From positions 7,092,234 through 7,156,233 of the forward strand of contig OZ316894.1 of the NCBI GenBank assembly GCA_973895155.1: DNA of 64,000 bases, written 5' to 3'. The stretch is from Marsupella aquatica. Its lineage: Eukaryota > Plantae > Marchantiophyta. Shown piece after piece: positions 24,023-36,927 of this stretch. Under the pieces are notes generated by a model. That model worked only from the letters and a program-made list of their open reading frames with translations. It was not told where the DNA came from and did no database searches. The position numbers were made by a program, and so were the translations under genes. The stretch's first letter is position 1. Each line of letters starts with the position of its first letter.

Positions 24023-27019
24023 GATCAATTCTCAATTTGGAGAACTTAGAAACACCACTGCGCACTGATGAAACACCCTTCTACGACTTTGTTCTTTCCG
24101 TCACTTCAGCATCTGCGCTTCTCCTGAATGACTCGCAAGGGGAGACTTTAAAGTCACTATATGGTCGGCCCACTGATCAATTTGTTGCTTGATTGAGAGG
24201 GGCAACTACAGAACGGTGAGTGTCAAATGCCACAAGCTTCAGAATGTACAGCACAGTAGTAGAAGAAGAGAGAACAAAGGGGATTACGGCTGTTCCTGAG
24301 GTGTCGGACGGACGGAAGTTTTGCTGGAAAACACGGCCGTAAATCTAGGCAAGCCATCGCGAGCAGCAGTTATAGCGGCGCCACCAAACTTAGCAATCAA
24401 TTCAACTGCGAAACTGCGAGATAGAAAAGCAGCGTTGTTGTATTGATTCTCGACCACAATAAAATGCCGTCGACGAAGACGTCCCCTGCAAAAGTGCGGT
24501 ATCTGCAAGGAAGGAGTTCCGCATCAGGGCGTTTCTTCGGTGACAAGTAAACGGCGGGAGCCCACAGAATGATCCGGTAGAACAGGACTGTCAGGCGGCT
24601 CGATCAGCCGGTGATTCAAGTTTTGAGCTTGCCTTCCGACTCACACTGCGTGGAAGGGTTGGGTGCGGTCGCATGCAGGCCCGCGAAGTGTATTTTACAG
24701 GAGGTGCTTCTCTTCGCACAGAATCATCTACAGTAGTAGAGGCTCGTGTCCCTGAAGTGTGTCGTCTGAGATCTATTAGATGAAATTAGTACAGGATGTC
24801 TCTGCATCGCAAGAGTTGAACTGTAACATGTCCTGTAGGTTTGTATAGGATGCTCATGGCCTCTCTAAAATTCAGCACCATCACCATCCCCACGCCTGTT
24901 GTTACATATGGCCGTCAAGCATGAACCAGAACTCAGGCCAGGCAGTTGCTTTTTGCATGGCTTAGATGGGATAGTCAGTGGTCACGCTTAACAATTCTGC
25001 CCGAGACATCAATTCTACCCCAAACTAAGTACAGACCCAGCTGCAGTACATTTTGTCACTTTGAATCAATGCACCTGAGGCACCCCCAATTCCAAAATCG
25101 AGCGTCCCTCAATGCACACATTCTCACCAAAACCTTTGGAGTGATAAGAAACGTTATTACTCAAGATGGTTACGCAATCAACGCGCAGGCAGGTTAGGAT
25201 TTAGAAGAAACCTCGGTTGCAATCAAGAACAAGCCGACCACTAGAGCGTTAAGCATTAGTGCTAGCAACAATAGTGTCACATAGTGTCATCTAGATGGAT
25301 TCCCAGGGAGCTTTCTAACCTCTATATCGAAAGCTGCCCAATGTTCAGGCAATGTGATGTATGCTCAGGCACTTCCTTACGCTACCAATACAAAGCATTA
25401 GATGCGCTCTACAAGTTGACAGTGAAGGAACCAGTGGTCAGAGGTCATCAATTAAAGTTTAATGCTATGCACTGATTTTGTACTTTACATGAGTTATTGA
25501 GAATAATTCTCGTGCAGACTTTTGGCTCATTATTTCAATCCGTTGTTCCCCAATACCATATGAAGTGGCAGAGCCTGCGAGTCAAAGAGTAACTCTTATT
25601 GGTAGTAACACATGAAAATGTGTTTGAGCTCTGAATTTACTACATTAGAGGACTCTCGTAATTGAATAGAGGCCAGACTCTATGTTTTTCGTATTTGAAA
25701 TTTACGATTTATACTAAGCGACTTCTATCCGAAACAAACGTGGGTTTCAGATTAACCGATTAAGCTCCTCAAGACGTCTTGTACGAATCCCACCTTGAAT
25801 CTATCTTTGAATCTGGAAGCCTCGTTCAACCTGGTAGTCATCCCAACCTTCTTTGGAGTTGTGACAGTCACAATGCCATGCATCCACAGCTGCTGTGGTA
25901 GTTTCTTACTCCATAAGGAATTTTGAAGACACAACGCGCGTTAATGATGATAGCATCCATTGCTATGATAACGGACAGTTCATAGGTACTCGAATTGGGA
26001 CCATGATTGAAGGCGCTTCCAGGACAACTCGTTCCGTGCTTTGATTCTGCAGTTCGTCTCAAGTGGCTGGAATTTGAAAGCACCCATGGATTTCGGCTAG
26101 AATTTTCCTCTTGTTTCGAACGAACACAAGTTTAACTGCAAAGTTTAACTGCTTTGCAGTTGTCTGTACAGACGTGGTGAGGTAGTAAGGTCAATGTTCA
26201 GGTCTTACAAGTTCGAAATGTTTAGGTCTTACAAGACGAGGTAGGTAAAGCTCGAAAATTCAATCAAAACAAATTCACAAGCCAAAAGAATTCCACAACA
26301 GAACTGGAATGAAGAAGCAGCGAAGAAAACTCTTAAAAGAAGCTTCCAACGCCACTTATAGGTGTGAGAATTATTGTCACTCTAAAAAGTGGGCTGGCCG
26401 ACTCCACGACGTGTCGGCAGCACGTGCGACACTTCCATCATTATTTACTAGAATCGGATATATGGCGGTGCAAACCAGGAATGCACTTCAATTTGGTAGA
26501 GGGAGACAGCCAAGAGAGAGCATATCGTACAACATTTTATAGGAAGTATCAACCATGAGAGGGTAAGATCGATAGTCACGGTTTCCGAGTAGCAGAAGAT
26601 TACCCCAATAGCAGTCAGTCCTATCCGAATGTGAACAAATCCAATTTGAGGAGAGTCCTAAACACTAAAGTTGAATTCACAGTATGAGTACAGCCAGTTA
26701 GGGAATGGAGCAATCTTAAGATATGTGCAATTCTTTGTAAGGCTACCTCAGAGTGCGAATTAGCTGCTGCAGATACAGAGGTTCCCGAGCTGGGCCGAGA
26801 AGAAATTAGACAATCCGAGGCAGTGTGCCCATGATCGCCATGCAGTATGATGGATCTCCTCACATTACATAGGGCAATTTGGTACTGAACAGATCATCAA
26901 CTTCCACAAAAAATAAAATTATCAAGCCGTTCGCAACTATTCTCTGAAGAAAGCATATTCAAAAATGGCAATGACCAAGCCGCTTTGCTTCCTTAAATAG
27001 AAGAGCACAAAAAATGGCA

Positions 27020-27572
27020 TTATTGTCCTCCCTTCATCATCTTTGATATTCTCTGCAAATGATAGTTGATTGTGTTGTGCTCCTTCCCCTTCTTTGCCTG
27101 CCGATTCATCCCACAATCATGCATCTCAAGTGAAAAACGTCACAAGGCTTCCACACAATGACGACAGCTCAGCTCAGAAGCACAAGTTCCCACCACAGCT
27201 CAGCTTCGAAAAATGACGACAGCTGAGCTGGGTTCCACACAATGACGACAGCTGAGCCGCTTCGAAATATTACAGATCTTGTAAAGGAGTCACACTATGT
27301 CCGCCTCACATTGAATGCGAAGGGAAACCCTACAGTCTGTAGAAAACTTAGCCACAGAACACCAGACTACAGACCCACGAGTGCACGAACAGAGAGCCTA
27401 CCTGGAGTTCCAAGCAGTTGGTCAATGCCTTCCTTTCAGTAGCGCAAGGATCATCGTTGAAATTGAACTTCTTCAGGCAGGCAAGATAATTCAGCATTTC
27501 AGACAAACAAGGGCGATTCCGCCTTCCGAAATTCTTCGGATTAATTCGCATGATGCCCGCTTTCCGACCCAT
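27020..27572 (-). CDS. Small CHCH (twin CX9C) protein, mitochondrial ribosomal mS37/Mrp10-like
   Basis: Exons 27572-27402 and 27097-27020 give MGRKAG..INPK..PCLSEMLNYLAC..PCATERKALTNC..INYHLQRI. The twin CX9C plus the INYHLQR tail is characteristic of this family. Confidence 0.85.
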
Positions 27573-29930
27573 GTTTCCGATCCGTCTAAGATCCCGCGCA
27601 GAGAGCTCCGCAACGACGAAAGCGAGCTCAGCACAGACTCTCTGAGGAACTGAAACCCTACGACAGTAAACGCTGTCCCACGCTAGTGAAAAACGAAGCC
27701 TCGCTCTCTAGAGGGTGATTGAGAGGGGCACGAGCGATCTGCACTTTCCAAAACGAGCGGAGGCACACTAGCGTTTTTCCTCGCATCTCTCAATCTCCAC
27801 CGTAGATATATGGCCAGTTCGTTGAGTTTTTCATCGTAAAATGCGGAGGGGTAGATTCCATTAGATTCATTTTCATTGTGTTGAACTGAAATAATTGGGT
27901 TTGTGTTTTTTTAATTTATCCTCATTCTCCACAGTAGTTGCCTTGCAGGTGCAAAACCCAAAATTATTTTTGGACTCCTAGTCATCAAGTTATGGGCCCC
28001 AAATTCCCATGGACCACCAGACGTGGTCCACGGGAGCACTGTGTCCAACATGGTGGTCCATAGTGGCTTTGTCTTTCCCTTTTGGCCAAAGTTCACTTTA
28101 CAAAGTACTTTACTTTATATTTGTTAGTTGCACCTCTAAATTTCCACCTCAGATATGGTCTTTGGCAAGGTTCACTTGACAAAGCAGCTAAAAACAAATC
28201 TTTGCATCTCTCAATCTCCATGTGGATTTATGGTCTTTGCAACAAAGTGAGAGGAGGTCTCACTTGCTATGGGAAAATGGTAGCACAAGTGTCTGATCTT
28301 TCTTGTAACATGCCTTAAATCACCACTAGCCATGACAAAAACCTGGTGACACCAGTTTTCACCATAAATAGTATTATTTCCTGAATTTGTGAAGCAGTAT
28401 GGAACACGAGAGGAGAAGAATGAAAGTAAAGTGAAAATGGGAGAAGTCTTGGACATTTCCCCTTTTTATATGACTAGTGGCGGTTTAAAGAAGCACAAAG
28501 TTGACAAGAGACTTGGATGGAGGGATGAAACCCTCATGGACCATTTTGAAATTTTAAACTTTACTTAGGTAGTACTATATATTTCTTTGTACAAATGTTC
28601 AAATCTGTGTGGGTCAAGAAGAGCTTGGTCCATGAGAGTACTCACGTCAACATAATGGTCCATCCAAAGCATCAACTTCCAAGGCTATACCCCAAATAGT
28701 TCAATGTTGTAATAGTGACGGGGCAGTGTCCAACACACGGACGGTCATCGTGCTACGGACACATCAGTTTAGGACGTCTGAGCCTTACGGGGCACCTTTC
28801 TAGGTAACCCGTAACAATTTAAGTCCAGGACATCAAAAACGGTTTATGGCCTGAGCCGTAACTCAGTTACGGCGGTGCTTTGACACCCGCTAATAACTTT
28901 GGCATGGGTACTGCACATTACCAGGTTAGATATTAATGGCCTTCTTCAACCTGAAACAGGCAGCCTGTTGATATGGCCTACTCCTTGGTAGACCTTTTTT
29001 TAAACTCTGTGGATAGAGGGATGGACAGAAAATTGAGGTCTCATAGCGCCTATGTCCAACCATGATTAAAATGAACTGAGTGACCCGAGGGGAAGAATGA
29101 CAGTAGGCATAGTAACCAAGTCGCCACACTTCCCCATATCAAGGACATGGATACAAGCTCTCCCCTGTAATTACAAGAAAAGTAGTCAGTACCATAGACA
29201 GTGCTGGGGACAGGGTGCCAGGCCACTGCAAATTTTCAAGTTTAAGCAGGTTTCCTAAACCATCAACTACCAACAACAAATTCCAACCAATTGGGCAATT
29301 GCATTACAGTTCATATTTACACATCTTACTAAGTGAAACTTCTTATTTCTTTCACAACAAAGTGCACATGGCTGGAAAACATTTGCAAAAGGTTGTGCAA
29401 AAAGGACCCACTTTTAGTTGTTGCACTGTGTCACTCAAGACTATGGTATAGTGCAATACTCCCAGGTAGTTGTGGTGAAACCTGTATCCTTGGGTAGAGT
29501 AGCCCAGAATATTCTGAGCAGATTTTTTGGAATATGCAAAAAAATTATGGAGCTGGGACAATAGGGTACAAAATGGGCAAGAGTGAAGGAGTTCACATGG
29601 TAGGAGAGGAGAGGGGAAAGAAGAAGACTAGTTGTCTCTATTGTGACCAAAACACTTTTGGTGACAGGCCTCGTAAAATGGGTTACATTACAACATTTAA
29701 ACTTCCAACGAGAGAATATGAGGAGCAATGAAAAACTATAACACTAAGGCTAATGAAATACAAACAAAAGAGTTTTGGGGTTTTGCATTTGCCCTCTTCT
29801 TTTGAGTTCGGTGGTTGTCCTCTCTGGAGCTCTTTTGCTTTTACTCCATTCTATTTTGTTGGCACTTTTAGTAAATTGGTCATTTTACCTTCCTCTTATA
29901 TATATTTATATATATACCAGAGAACAAAAT

Positions 29931-30467
29931 GGGCCAACAGCTTTTTATTAACCTGCCCCCAAACTACCCTATATTACTAACTTTCCCCCAAAACTAAATT
30001 AATTATTAACCCGTCCCCCATTTTGTATTGCAGTCAGTATTAACTCGTATACCGGTTCTCGTTGTCATGTGACAACTCACTACTGGCAAGCCTTAACCCG
30101 CCGCCACCCCCTCTTCCCCTCTTCCCCTTCCCCGTTGCAGGGCACAGTTGCAGGTCCAGGAGGGGCAAAATCTGTCATTTTTTGCTCCCACCACACTCCC
30201 CTCACAAAACCCAACACTTTTGGCCCTCATTTTTATTCAGGAAAATAACAGCAGGGAAGGGGGGGGGGGGGGGGGTGGACGAGGAGGGTGATAGCGGGTT
30301 TAGGCTAGCCTACACTAACTTGTCACATAGCAAGAGGAACCAGTATACTAGTTAATGCTGACCCAAGTAAGAAATGGGGGGACAGATTGGTAATTAATTT
30401 TGTTTGGGGTGCATGTTAGTAATATTGGGTACTTTGGGGGAGAGGTTAGTAAAAAGCTGAATGAGCC
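29931..30467. mobile_element. Mutator-like MITE with ~170-bp terminal inverted repeats, upstream of LHCB6
   Basis: Left arm GGGCCAACAGCTTTTTATTAACC..TATTACTAAC..GTCCCCCATTT..TTAACT.GTATAC..ATGTGACAA pairs with the right arm ending GGTTAGTAAAAAGCTGAATGAGCC. TSD not evident. Confidence 0.78.
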
Positions 30468-31116
30468 AAAGAGTGAGGATCCCAAAGGCAAGGGACCCAA
30501 AAAAGGAGAGCAAGCAAGGAAAAGGAGCAAACAAGGAATGAAACCCAGGAAGATCAAAAAGCCCAAAAAGCCCCTCAATCAAAGCCACAAAGAAGAATGA
30601 ACCAGTGGAAGGGAAGGAAAAAATCTGGAAATTCATAGCCCAGCACTACTCTACCAAAGTGTTCAACTTGCGTGAGGACTGAGGATGCTGCACAAGTCAT
30701 GTACAGTGGTCCTGTACACTGCCGATAAATGATGAGATGATGTACAGGATATCTGCCCAGATTGGTTTGCTTTTGCTTTGGGTTTGGCTGTGGTTCGGTT
30801 CGGTTTGTGGAATCTTGGTAGAAGATAAAAGAAGTTATCTTCAACCAGATTTCCCGATTCCGGTTGCCCAGTGGAATAGAGTGCCAGAGCAATCCCCACA
30901 AGGTCTGCAGATCTCATTCTCTCCCACCACCACCCGGCCACCTCGAACCTACCTCCACCCCTATACCCACTTCGTCAATCATTCTCCTCCTCAAAGACGG
31001 AGAAGGAGAAGCAAAACGACTCTCCAATCGGTGATCTGAGTTGCAGAGTGCTTGAACAGAGAGAGAGCGAGAGCGAGAGCGAGAGAGTTGAGCATTGAGC
31101 AGCAGCAGCAGCAAAG

Positions 31117-32770
31117 ATGGCGGTGGCATGCAGCGCTTCGGTGTCTCAACTGAGCTCGATCGCCAGGTCTTCCTCTCTGGTGAGCAGCAGCAGGGCCCAG
31201 TCTCTGCGGTCGTGCCCACAAGTCGCATTCATCGGCGTGAGCAATGGCTCCCGACTCGTGGCCATGGCCACCAAGAAGGTCGGTAAGAAGCCGACTGGCG
31301 GCAAGAAGTCGTGGATTCCAGGAGTGAAGTTCGGTAGCTTCACCGACCCGGAGTGGCTCGATGGCTCGTAAGTCCCTTACACCCACTTCCTCTCCCTTTC
31401 GACTTGCTTGGACGTCTCTCGTATGGGCATTGATCCTGGATTTAGACAGTTGTCCAGTGCTTGGTCTACCGATTGTCCTTTGTTCGGCATTCTGGGTCTG
31501 ATAGCCGTCATTGGTAAGATGAAAGAGATGTGTCTATCTCCTGAGCCGAACTGGTCGTCTCTGGAATGTTGTTCATGGACGAGTCAGTGGGGGAGTAGTC
31601 TTGTGTTCATATGACAGCCTGCAATTCTCTTACGAGGGCTCGTCAATGGGCCGGTCTGATAAACTGTGTTGGAAGCTTTAGTGACTTGCTACGTCTGGAC
31701 GCAGCTGTTGACTGTCGTTAGGAGTCCACGTCGAGGATACTTACTGTGGATTACTGTGGATTTGGCATGACATTGTCCTGTAGTTGTGATGGAATTGGGT
31801 GGTCCTGTCCACCAGCGTTGGTTCTGGTCATGCTCATAGCGTTTTTCCTCAGCAGTGGGACTTCTTCCACAATGTAGGCGGGGAGGATTCATTATATGGA
31901 GGAGTCACTGGTCAATCGTACCCTATAGTCTAGTCCACAGTGATAGCGAATGACATTTAGCGGGCATGTTGATTCCTCTGCCTAGGCCAATTCCTGCCTC
32001 GCAACACCGATTATTCTGTTTGGGTGGTTGTGTCGAGGCCATTTCATGTTAGCTCGTTCAGTGTCGGACATGATGTAAGTGATTGCTTACGAACGCCGGG
32101 CTTTGCGTGGGAACTACTTGATCACCTTTCTCCAATTCGTGGGCTTTTCTCTCTTTCGCTCTGTAAGGGGTAATTGTGCATTTTTTAGCTTTTGGATGAC
32201 ATTGATCTCTGCCAATGCAGACTTCCAGGGGACTATGGCTTTGACCCTCTTGGTCTTGGAAAGGACCCGTCTGCTCTCAAGTGGTACAGGGAAGCCGAGA
32301 TCATCCACGGCCGGTGGGCCATGGCTGCAGTCATCGGTATCTTCATTGGCCAGGGCTGGAGTGGAGTCCCGTGGTTTGAGGCTGGGGCTGACCCAGCCGC
32401 CGTTGCCCCATTCTCGTTTGGTTCCCTTTTGGGCACTCAGCTTCTGTTGATGGGATGGGTTGAGACCAAGAGGTGGATCGACTTCTTGGAGCCAGGATCA
32501 CAGCTCATTGATTGGGCCACTCCCTGGTCCAAAACCGCTGAGAACTTTGGCAATGCGACTGGTCTGCAAGGATACCCGGGAGGCAAGTTCTTCGACCCCC
32601 TGGCTTTGGCTGGAGAAGTTAAGAGCGGGAAGTACGTGCCCAACTACGGAGAGTTGTCCAGGCTGCAGCTCGCTGAGATCAAGCATGCTAGAATTGCTAT
32701 GATCGCCATGCTGGTATTTTACTTCGAGGCTGGCCAGGGTTTAACCCCACTGGGTGCTCTCGGACTTTAA
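31117..32770 (+). CDS. LHCB6: Minor PSII antenna protein CP24
   Basis: join(31117..31367,32221..32770). Motifs [70 protein letters not shown] and terminal TPLGALGL are diagnostic of Lhcb6. Confidence 0.96.
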
Positions 32771-35546
32771 ACCTATTCGTGCGTAGTATGATCTCATTTG
32801 GACAGATTCTTCGCGAAGACTTGCTGTTCTCGTCATCATCATCAACTTTTGTGATATATTCTCCCGTTCTCACAAGACGCTGGTTGGATGGTTCGTCCTC
32901 CGTTACTTGCCAATGAGCTGGGTAGTGATAGTGATAGTCTGCTCATGGCTTGCATGGAGATCAAAGTCTCCAATACAAGGGCCCCACCTGTGTTGTTCTT
33001 CTGTCCATGCAGCAGACGATGTCCTCTGCAGACACTGTAATTTGTTATGAGGAAGTTTTGTAAATGAACCTGATTGGTCGTACCACCGTGAAGAATGTTT
33101 AATTTGCCGACAACGAGATACTGGTTGAGACTATCATTTGTGACAATAACGTCGTCTGTGTTTTTCGCATATTTGGTTATGGATAAAAGAAATTCCTCCT
33201 GATAGAGCACTGCTCCGTTTCGTCTGTCCAAGAAGGTAACCACTGTAATGATCCTGTCACGTTGTGAATCAACCAATCGATACATAGGCCCCGTGTAAAG
33301 AGTGGGTGGTCGGGACCCATGTCAGTTACAGCCAGAGTAGTCTCTCCACCTTACTATGGTGTTGCGAAACTACATTTGCGTATCGATCCATTGTGTAGGC
33401 TCATATCCTGTATCACGAGATTAGTGTCTCTCAGTCCTGAACTGCTCTACAACAGCAGAGGCTGCTGACTTTTGTAGAGGTTGGAATGCAAAATTTTACT
33501 CGATCCTGGAAATTACTTTTAAAAAAGCACTACTATCTGTGGGCCCGAGGAACACATGTTCCTGAAAATAATGCCCCGGTTGGGTGGCAGCTCCGATACT
33601 AGTAACAATGAGAAACGCCCCAGAGGAGGAAGGGGTGTTCTGAAAACTCGAGGCTAGATCCTGCATTTCACCAATGTGTGACTGAAATTGTGGAGAATCC
33701 GAGAACTCTCTTGCTTGAAGAAGAAAGTTCTCTGTGCACACAAACTCACCACTGTAGCACGACAGGGAGGCCTTTCTGGAGGTCAACAACGAATTGAGGC
33801 TTGAAGCTTGTTTTCAGGGAATCGTTGAAAGTGTTGTGACGATAAAGGACATTAATCTACTTATCTTTCCTGCGGGAATCCAATTGGCTCCCACATTTCC
33901 GGAGATTTGGATTTCACTGTACTGCTCTATCCGTCCGATGGCCCTAAACAGTTTATCCGAAGGTATTTACTCGATGCCTTTCATTAGTAGCTATGCAAAC
34001 TTCCCATTGGGTTTGACTCACTGATTTTTTGGTGGTGAATGAAGACCCGCTAAATTTCACCTCTCTGAAAAGTCTCGGACACTTCTGGCTAAGTGGTAAG
34101 GTTTTTTACTTTCTATTAGCCACATTAACTTGACTCTAATGGTTATCCCTAAATTTAGGAAGATCTGACGATAACAGTTTAATGTAAGAAGATTAGATAA
34201 GGAATATTCCTATTAAGTCTAATAAGATTAGATGAGTAATATTCCCAGCATCTCATAGTCACAGAAGGTGACATTTGCAACCTCGTGAAAATAAAAACTA
34301 AGCTGGACTTTCTGTCCTCTCCACAAGAGGGGATATCTCCTGTGTCATGATCGTTTGCAGATCCAACGGTATTCTGGATGGAAAGACGTCTCCTGTGTCA
34401 CATAGTTCTGCGAGCCAACGGTATCCTGGGTGCCTGGAAAATTATCCACGCTTCTATTACCTATATTTTGATGTACGGGAAAGTAATAATCTTAAGCTAG
34501 AATGTATTGGCAAATTTTGGATGGACTTTCTCAAAATGTCAAACTAGACCCCATTCTATTATTTTGGCTCAGATGTGACCTCTACAACCTGTTTAACAGC
34601 AAGAACAGCTTTTTATGGCTAAAAGTTATCCATTAGGAATTTGGCACTCCATAACTTTTGGTGTCTGTAAGGTTAACTACTAAGTTAAGGATCATCAGAT
34701 TCTTAATCATTTTACCACATTGTAGACACTATCTACTAAGTGTTATCTATTTATTGGAAATAGTGCTACTACCCAAATAGTGTTACCCTCAATTACTTCT
34801 AAGAATAATACCTATTTTCAATATTAATTACCCATTTTACTTTATAGAAGGTATATATTAAAAAATATTCCATAAATACAGGGTTATAATACCTTCTTTT
34901 GCCTTGGCAGGCAGGGGGTGGGGGGTCAATGTTGCCTTGTGTTTTCAATTTGTTAACTAGGTCTCATAATTAAAGTTTCCAGATGGACCATAAATCCATA
35001 ATTTAGGCGCAGGCCCAGTTTTCAGATGCCCTATTGAAGACCAAAAGCCTGGCAAATTTTGTGGTTGGCTAATCAAGGACAAAGCGCCTGCACAAAAAGC
35101 CATAGAGAAGATAGGATGTTATAATAGCACCTCTGTCTCCTCAAAGACAAAAGGCCTACACCCCCACCTACACTATATGCCCTTAGTTTGTGATTTTTCC
35201 CTTTGTATTTTTTAGACTATCTGGGAGCATAATGCCCTGGTCAAGATGTGGATCATCTCTCCAGTAAGATTCCCCTCTGCTAATACAAAAGTTGGAAAAA
35301 CAAAACTGCCTTGGGCCTTGAAGTGCAGTTTTGTCCTATTTCCAGAGCATTATGGGCAGTAATAGCCCCCAAAACTCTAAGCTGAAGCTCTTGTATTCAA
35401 GGGCATTATATCTCACGATATGATACCCTCTGAACAGGACTCTACTAGGGAGTCTCAAAGTATTTTCCGGTCAGCCATTCTAAGAAATAGACGTCGCTGA
35501 CCTAGACTGAAAGCCAAAATTTGGGCCAACTTAATCCACAGGTTTC

Positions 35547-35694
35547 AGGTTTGAGATGGGTTTGAACACGCTCCCGCTGGTCAGCTGGGCACAGACAATT
35601 TTAGGATAGTTGATTACAATTCTTAAAGGGCGCAAACGATTCTTGAAGGGCGCCGATGCACATTATTTGCGCAAAACAACTTTTGGTGCGGACG
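35547..35694 (-). repeat. Dispersed ~150-bp repeat, copy 2 (upstream of PsaD)
   Basis: Reverse complement aligns with 591-744. Confidence 0.75.
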
Positions 35695-35971
35695 GCGTGC
35701 ACTGACAGCCTAGTTACTGATGGTCACCTTTTGCGGGAACCACACTTTTTTGGTCCATGATCCTGTCCGCACCATTTTGGTCACAAGAAACCTTGGGAAA
35801 TGAGCTGGTTTGAGACACACTATTGCATACCAAAAGCCTTTGGGAACCTTTCGCCAAAAGTGGCGAAGACTACTTGTGACTGAGAGTTCGGCGAATTTTC
35901 ACGACCTCAGAAAACGCTGACCCAGGTGACCGAGGGTGGTGAGCGACTTCGGTAAGTAACTGACCGGGGGT

Positions 35972-36045
35972 AGAAGATAGGATATTAGGATAGCACTTCT
36001 GTCTCCTCCCTCCAATCCGAATCGCTCCTCTCGTTCTCCATTGGC
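35972..36045 (+). promoter_or_regulatory. Candidate PsaD promoter core (GATA-type motifs, CCAAT)
   Basis: GATAGGATATTAGGATAG, CCAAT (36012) and ATTGG precede a CT-rich patch and the 5' UTR. Motif-level inference only. Confidence 0.45.
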
Positions 36046-36291
36046 CCACTCACCAGTTCGCTCTCACTCCGCCACTTTCACACTCTCTGCTCCATTCTCC
36101 TCTCGTTGGGCGACTCCTTCCAATCCTTACTCTGCTCCTCTCCTCCTCGACAGAATCAGTGATTGATCGTTCGTTCGTTGCCTCCCTGCACATAATTCAG
36201 AGACAAACGTTTTGGGTTGTTCCCTGGTGTCGTGTGCGTTCGTTCGTTCGTTCGTTGGTTGGTTGTTGTTGTTGTTTTTGTTGTTGCAGCT

Positions 36292-36927
36292 ATGGCGTCC
36301 TCCGTTTTGGCTTCCACGTCTTCTGTGGCCGTCGCTGCTCCCTCTGTGAGCAATGCTGCTGTGTCCCGAAGCAGAAGCAGCAGCTTGGCTGTGGCCCCAT
36401 TCAGAGCCTCGTCGCTGAGCGGACAGAAGCTGCAGGTGGCGAGCTCGGCTGCCAGAATCAGCATGATGGCAGCTGAGACTGAGGCTGCCCCGGCTGGGTT
36501 CACTCCTCCGGAATTGAATCCCGACACGCCCTCGCCGATTTTCGGTGGGTCGACAGGTGGGCTGCTCCGTAAGGCGCAGGTTGAGGAATTCTATGTAATC
36601 ACTTGGGAGGCGCCCAAGGAGCAGATCTTCGAGCTTCCCACCGGTGGAGCCGCCATCATGAGGGCCGGGCCTAACCTTCTCAAGCTCTCCAGGAAGGAGC
36701 AGTGCCTCGCATTGGGAGTCAACTTGAGGAACAAGTTCAAGATTAAGTATCAGTTTTACCGCGTCCTCCCCAACGGTGAGGTTCAATACCTGCACCCCAA
36801 GGACGGCGTCTACCCCGAGAAGGTGAATGCTGGCAGGAGCGGAGTCGGCATCAACGCCCGCTCTATTGGCAAGAACGTCAACCCTGCGTCTATCAAGTTT
36901 ACCGGGAAGACCGCTTATGACTTGTAG
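36292..36927 (+). CDS. PSAD: Photosystem I subunit II (PsaD) with transit peptide
   Basis: Intronless CDS with [35 protein letters not shown] and [16 protein letters not shown] probable 5' UTR intron with (CGTT)n/(GTT)n ends TTGCAG just before the ATG. Confidence 0.97.
   Translation: MASSVLASTSSVAVAAPSVSNAAVSRSRSSSLAVAPFRASSLSGQKLQVASSAARISMMAAETEAAPAGFTPPELNPDTPSPIFGGSTGGLLRKAQVEEFYVITWEAPKEQIFELPTGGAAIMRAGPNLLKLSRKEQCLALGVNLRNKFKIKYQFYRVLPNGEVQYLHPKDGVYPEKVNAGRSGVGINARSIGKNVNPASIKFTGKTAYDL

Noticed and set aside
28714-28892. hAT-like MITE
   Set aside because: The right end matches the TAGGGGTGTCAAAGCAC-type TIR seen at 8970, but the left TIR is too degenerate and no TSD was found.
34883-34904. 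~21-bp match to ~63440-63460 (TTATAATACCTTCTTTTGCCT)
   Set aside because: Probably a fragment of an old dispersed repeat; too short to define a feature.
31117-36927. LHCB6-PsaD as a photosynthesis gene cluster
   Set aside because: Two neighbouring genes can be adjacent by chance; no shared regulatory structure is visible without synteny data.
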